From positions 57,598,001 through 57,662,000 of the forward strand of contig NC_043012.1 of NCBI RefSeq assembly GCF_006345805.1: a stretch of DNA of 64,000 nt, in the 5' to 3' direction. Source of the stretch: Octopus sinensis (lineage: Eukaryota). A model generated the notes under the pieces. It had not been told where the DNA came from. It saw only the letters and a program-made list of their open reading frames with translations, and ran no database searches. Shown in pieces: positions 63,871 through 64,000 of this stretch (positions are counted from its first letter, which is position 1; each line of letters opens with the position of its first letter). The translations under genes were made by a program, and so were the position numbers.

Positions 63871-64000
63871 TGCATATGTAATCTGTGGTATTCGAATGTT
63901 CCCGGACCACACCGAAAATAGTGGAGAATATTCCATCAAATAACGCGTTTCTCATATTACTTCTACTTTGATACAATCTCATTTAGAACAGCCGTCTTGG

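Overview
Eukaryotic, AT-rich, extremely microsatellite- and transposon-dense DNA. It looks like octopus/cephalopod intronic or intergenic sequence; this is inferred from recalled resemblance of the dominant tRNA-headed SINEs to octopus SINEs and was not database-checked. No intact protein-coding gene, rRNA, tRNA gene or CRISPR array is supported. Nearly all ORFs in the track are translated microsatellites or SINEs. The window contains: (i) several dozen copies or fragments of at least four tRNA-derived SINE families (my labels A-D), several with clean 12-22 bp target-site duplications (TSDs); (ii) decayed DNA transposons: a Chapaev3-like, RAG1-related transposase (56.7-59.1 kb), three mariner elements plus a mariner MITE, two Tc1-like elements (one predicted DD36E), a pogo-like MITE and a Mutator/foldback-like element; (iii) LINE reverse-transcriptase remnants: an RTE-type copy with twin-priming 5' inversion geometry and a CR1/L2-type copy with YADD; (iv) Penelope-like terminal fragments with hammerhead-like motifs and several long, near-perfect inverted repeats, most next to (TA)n tracts; (v) a few low-confidence candidate exons. 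The best leads are the hairpin and hammerhead-like elements, the twin-primed RTE, the RAG1-related transposon with nested insertions, and the DD36E-type Tc1. I cannot claim a proven new system.
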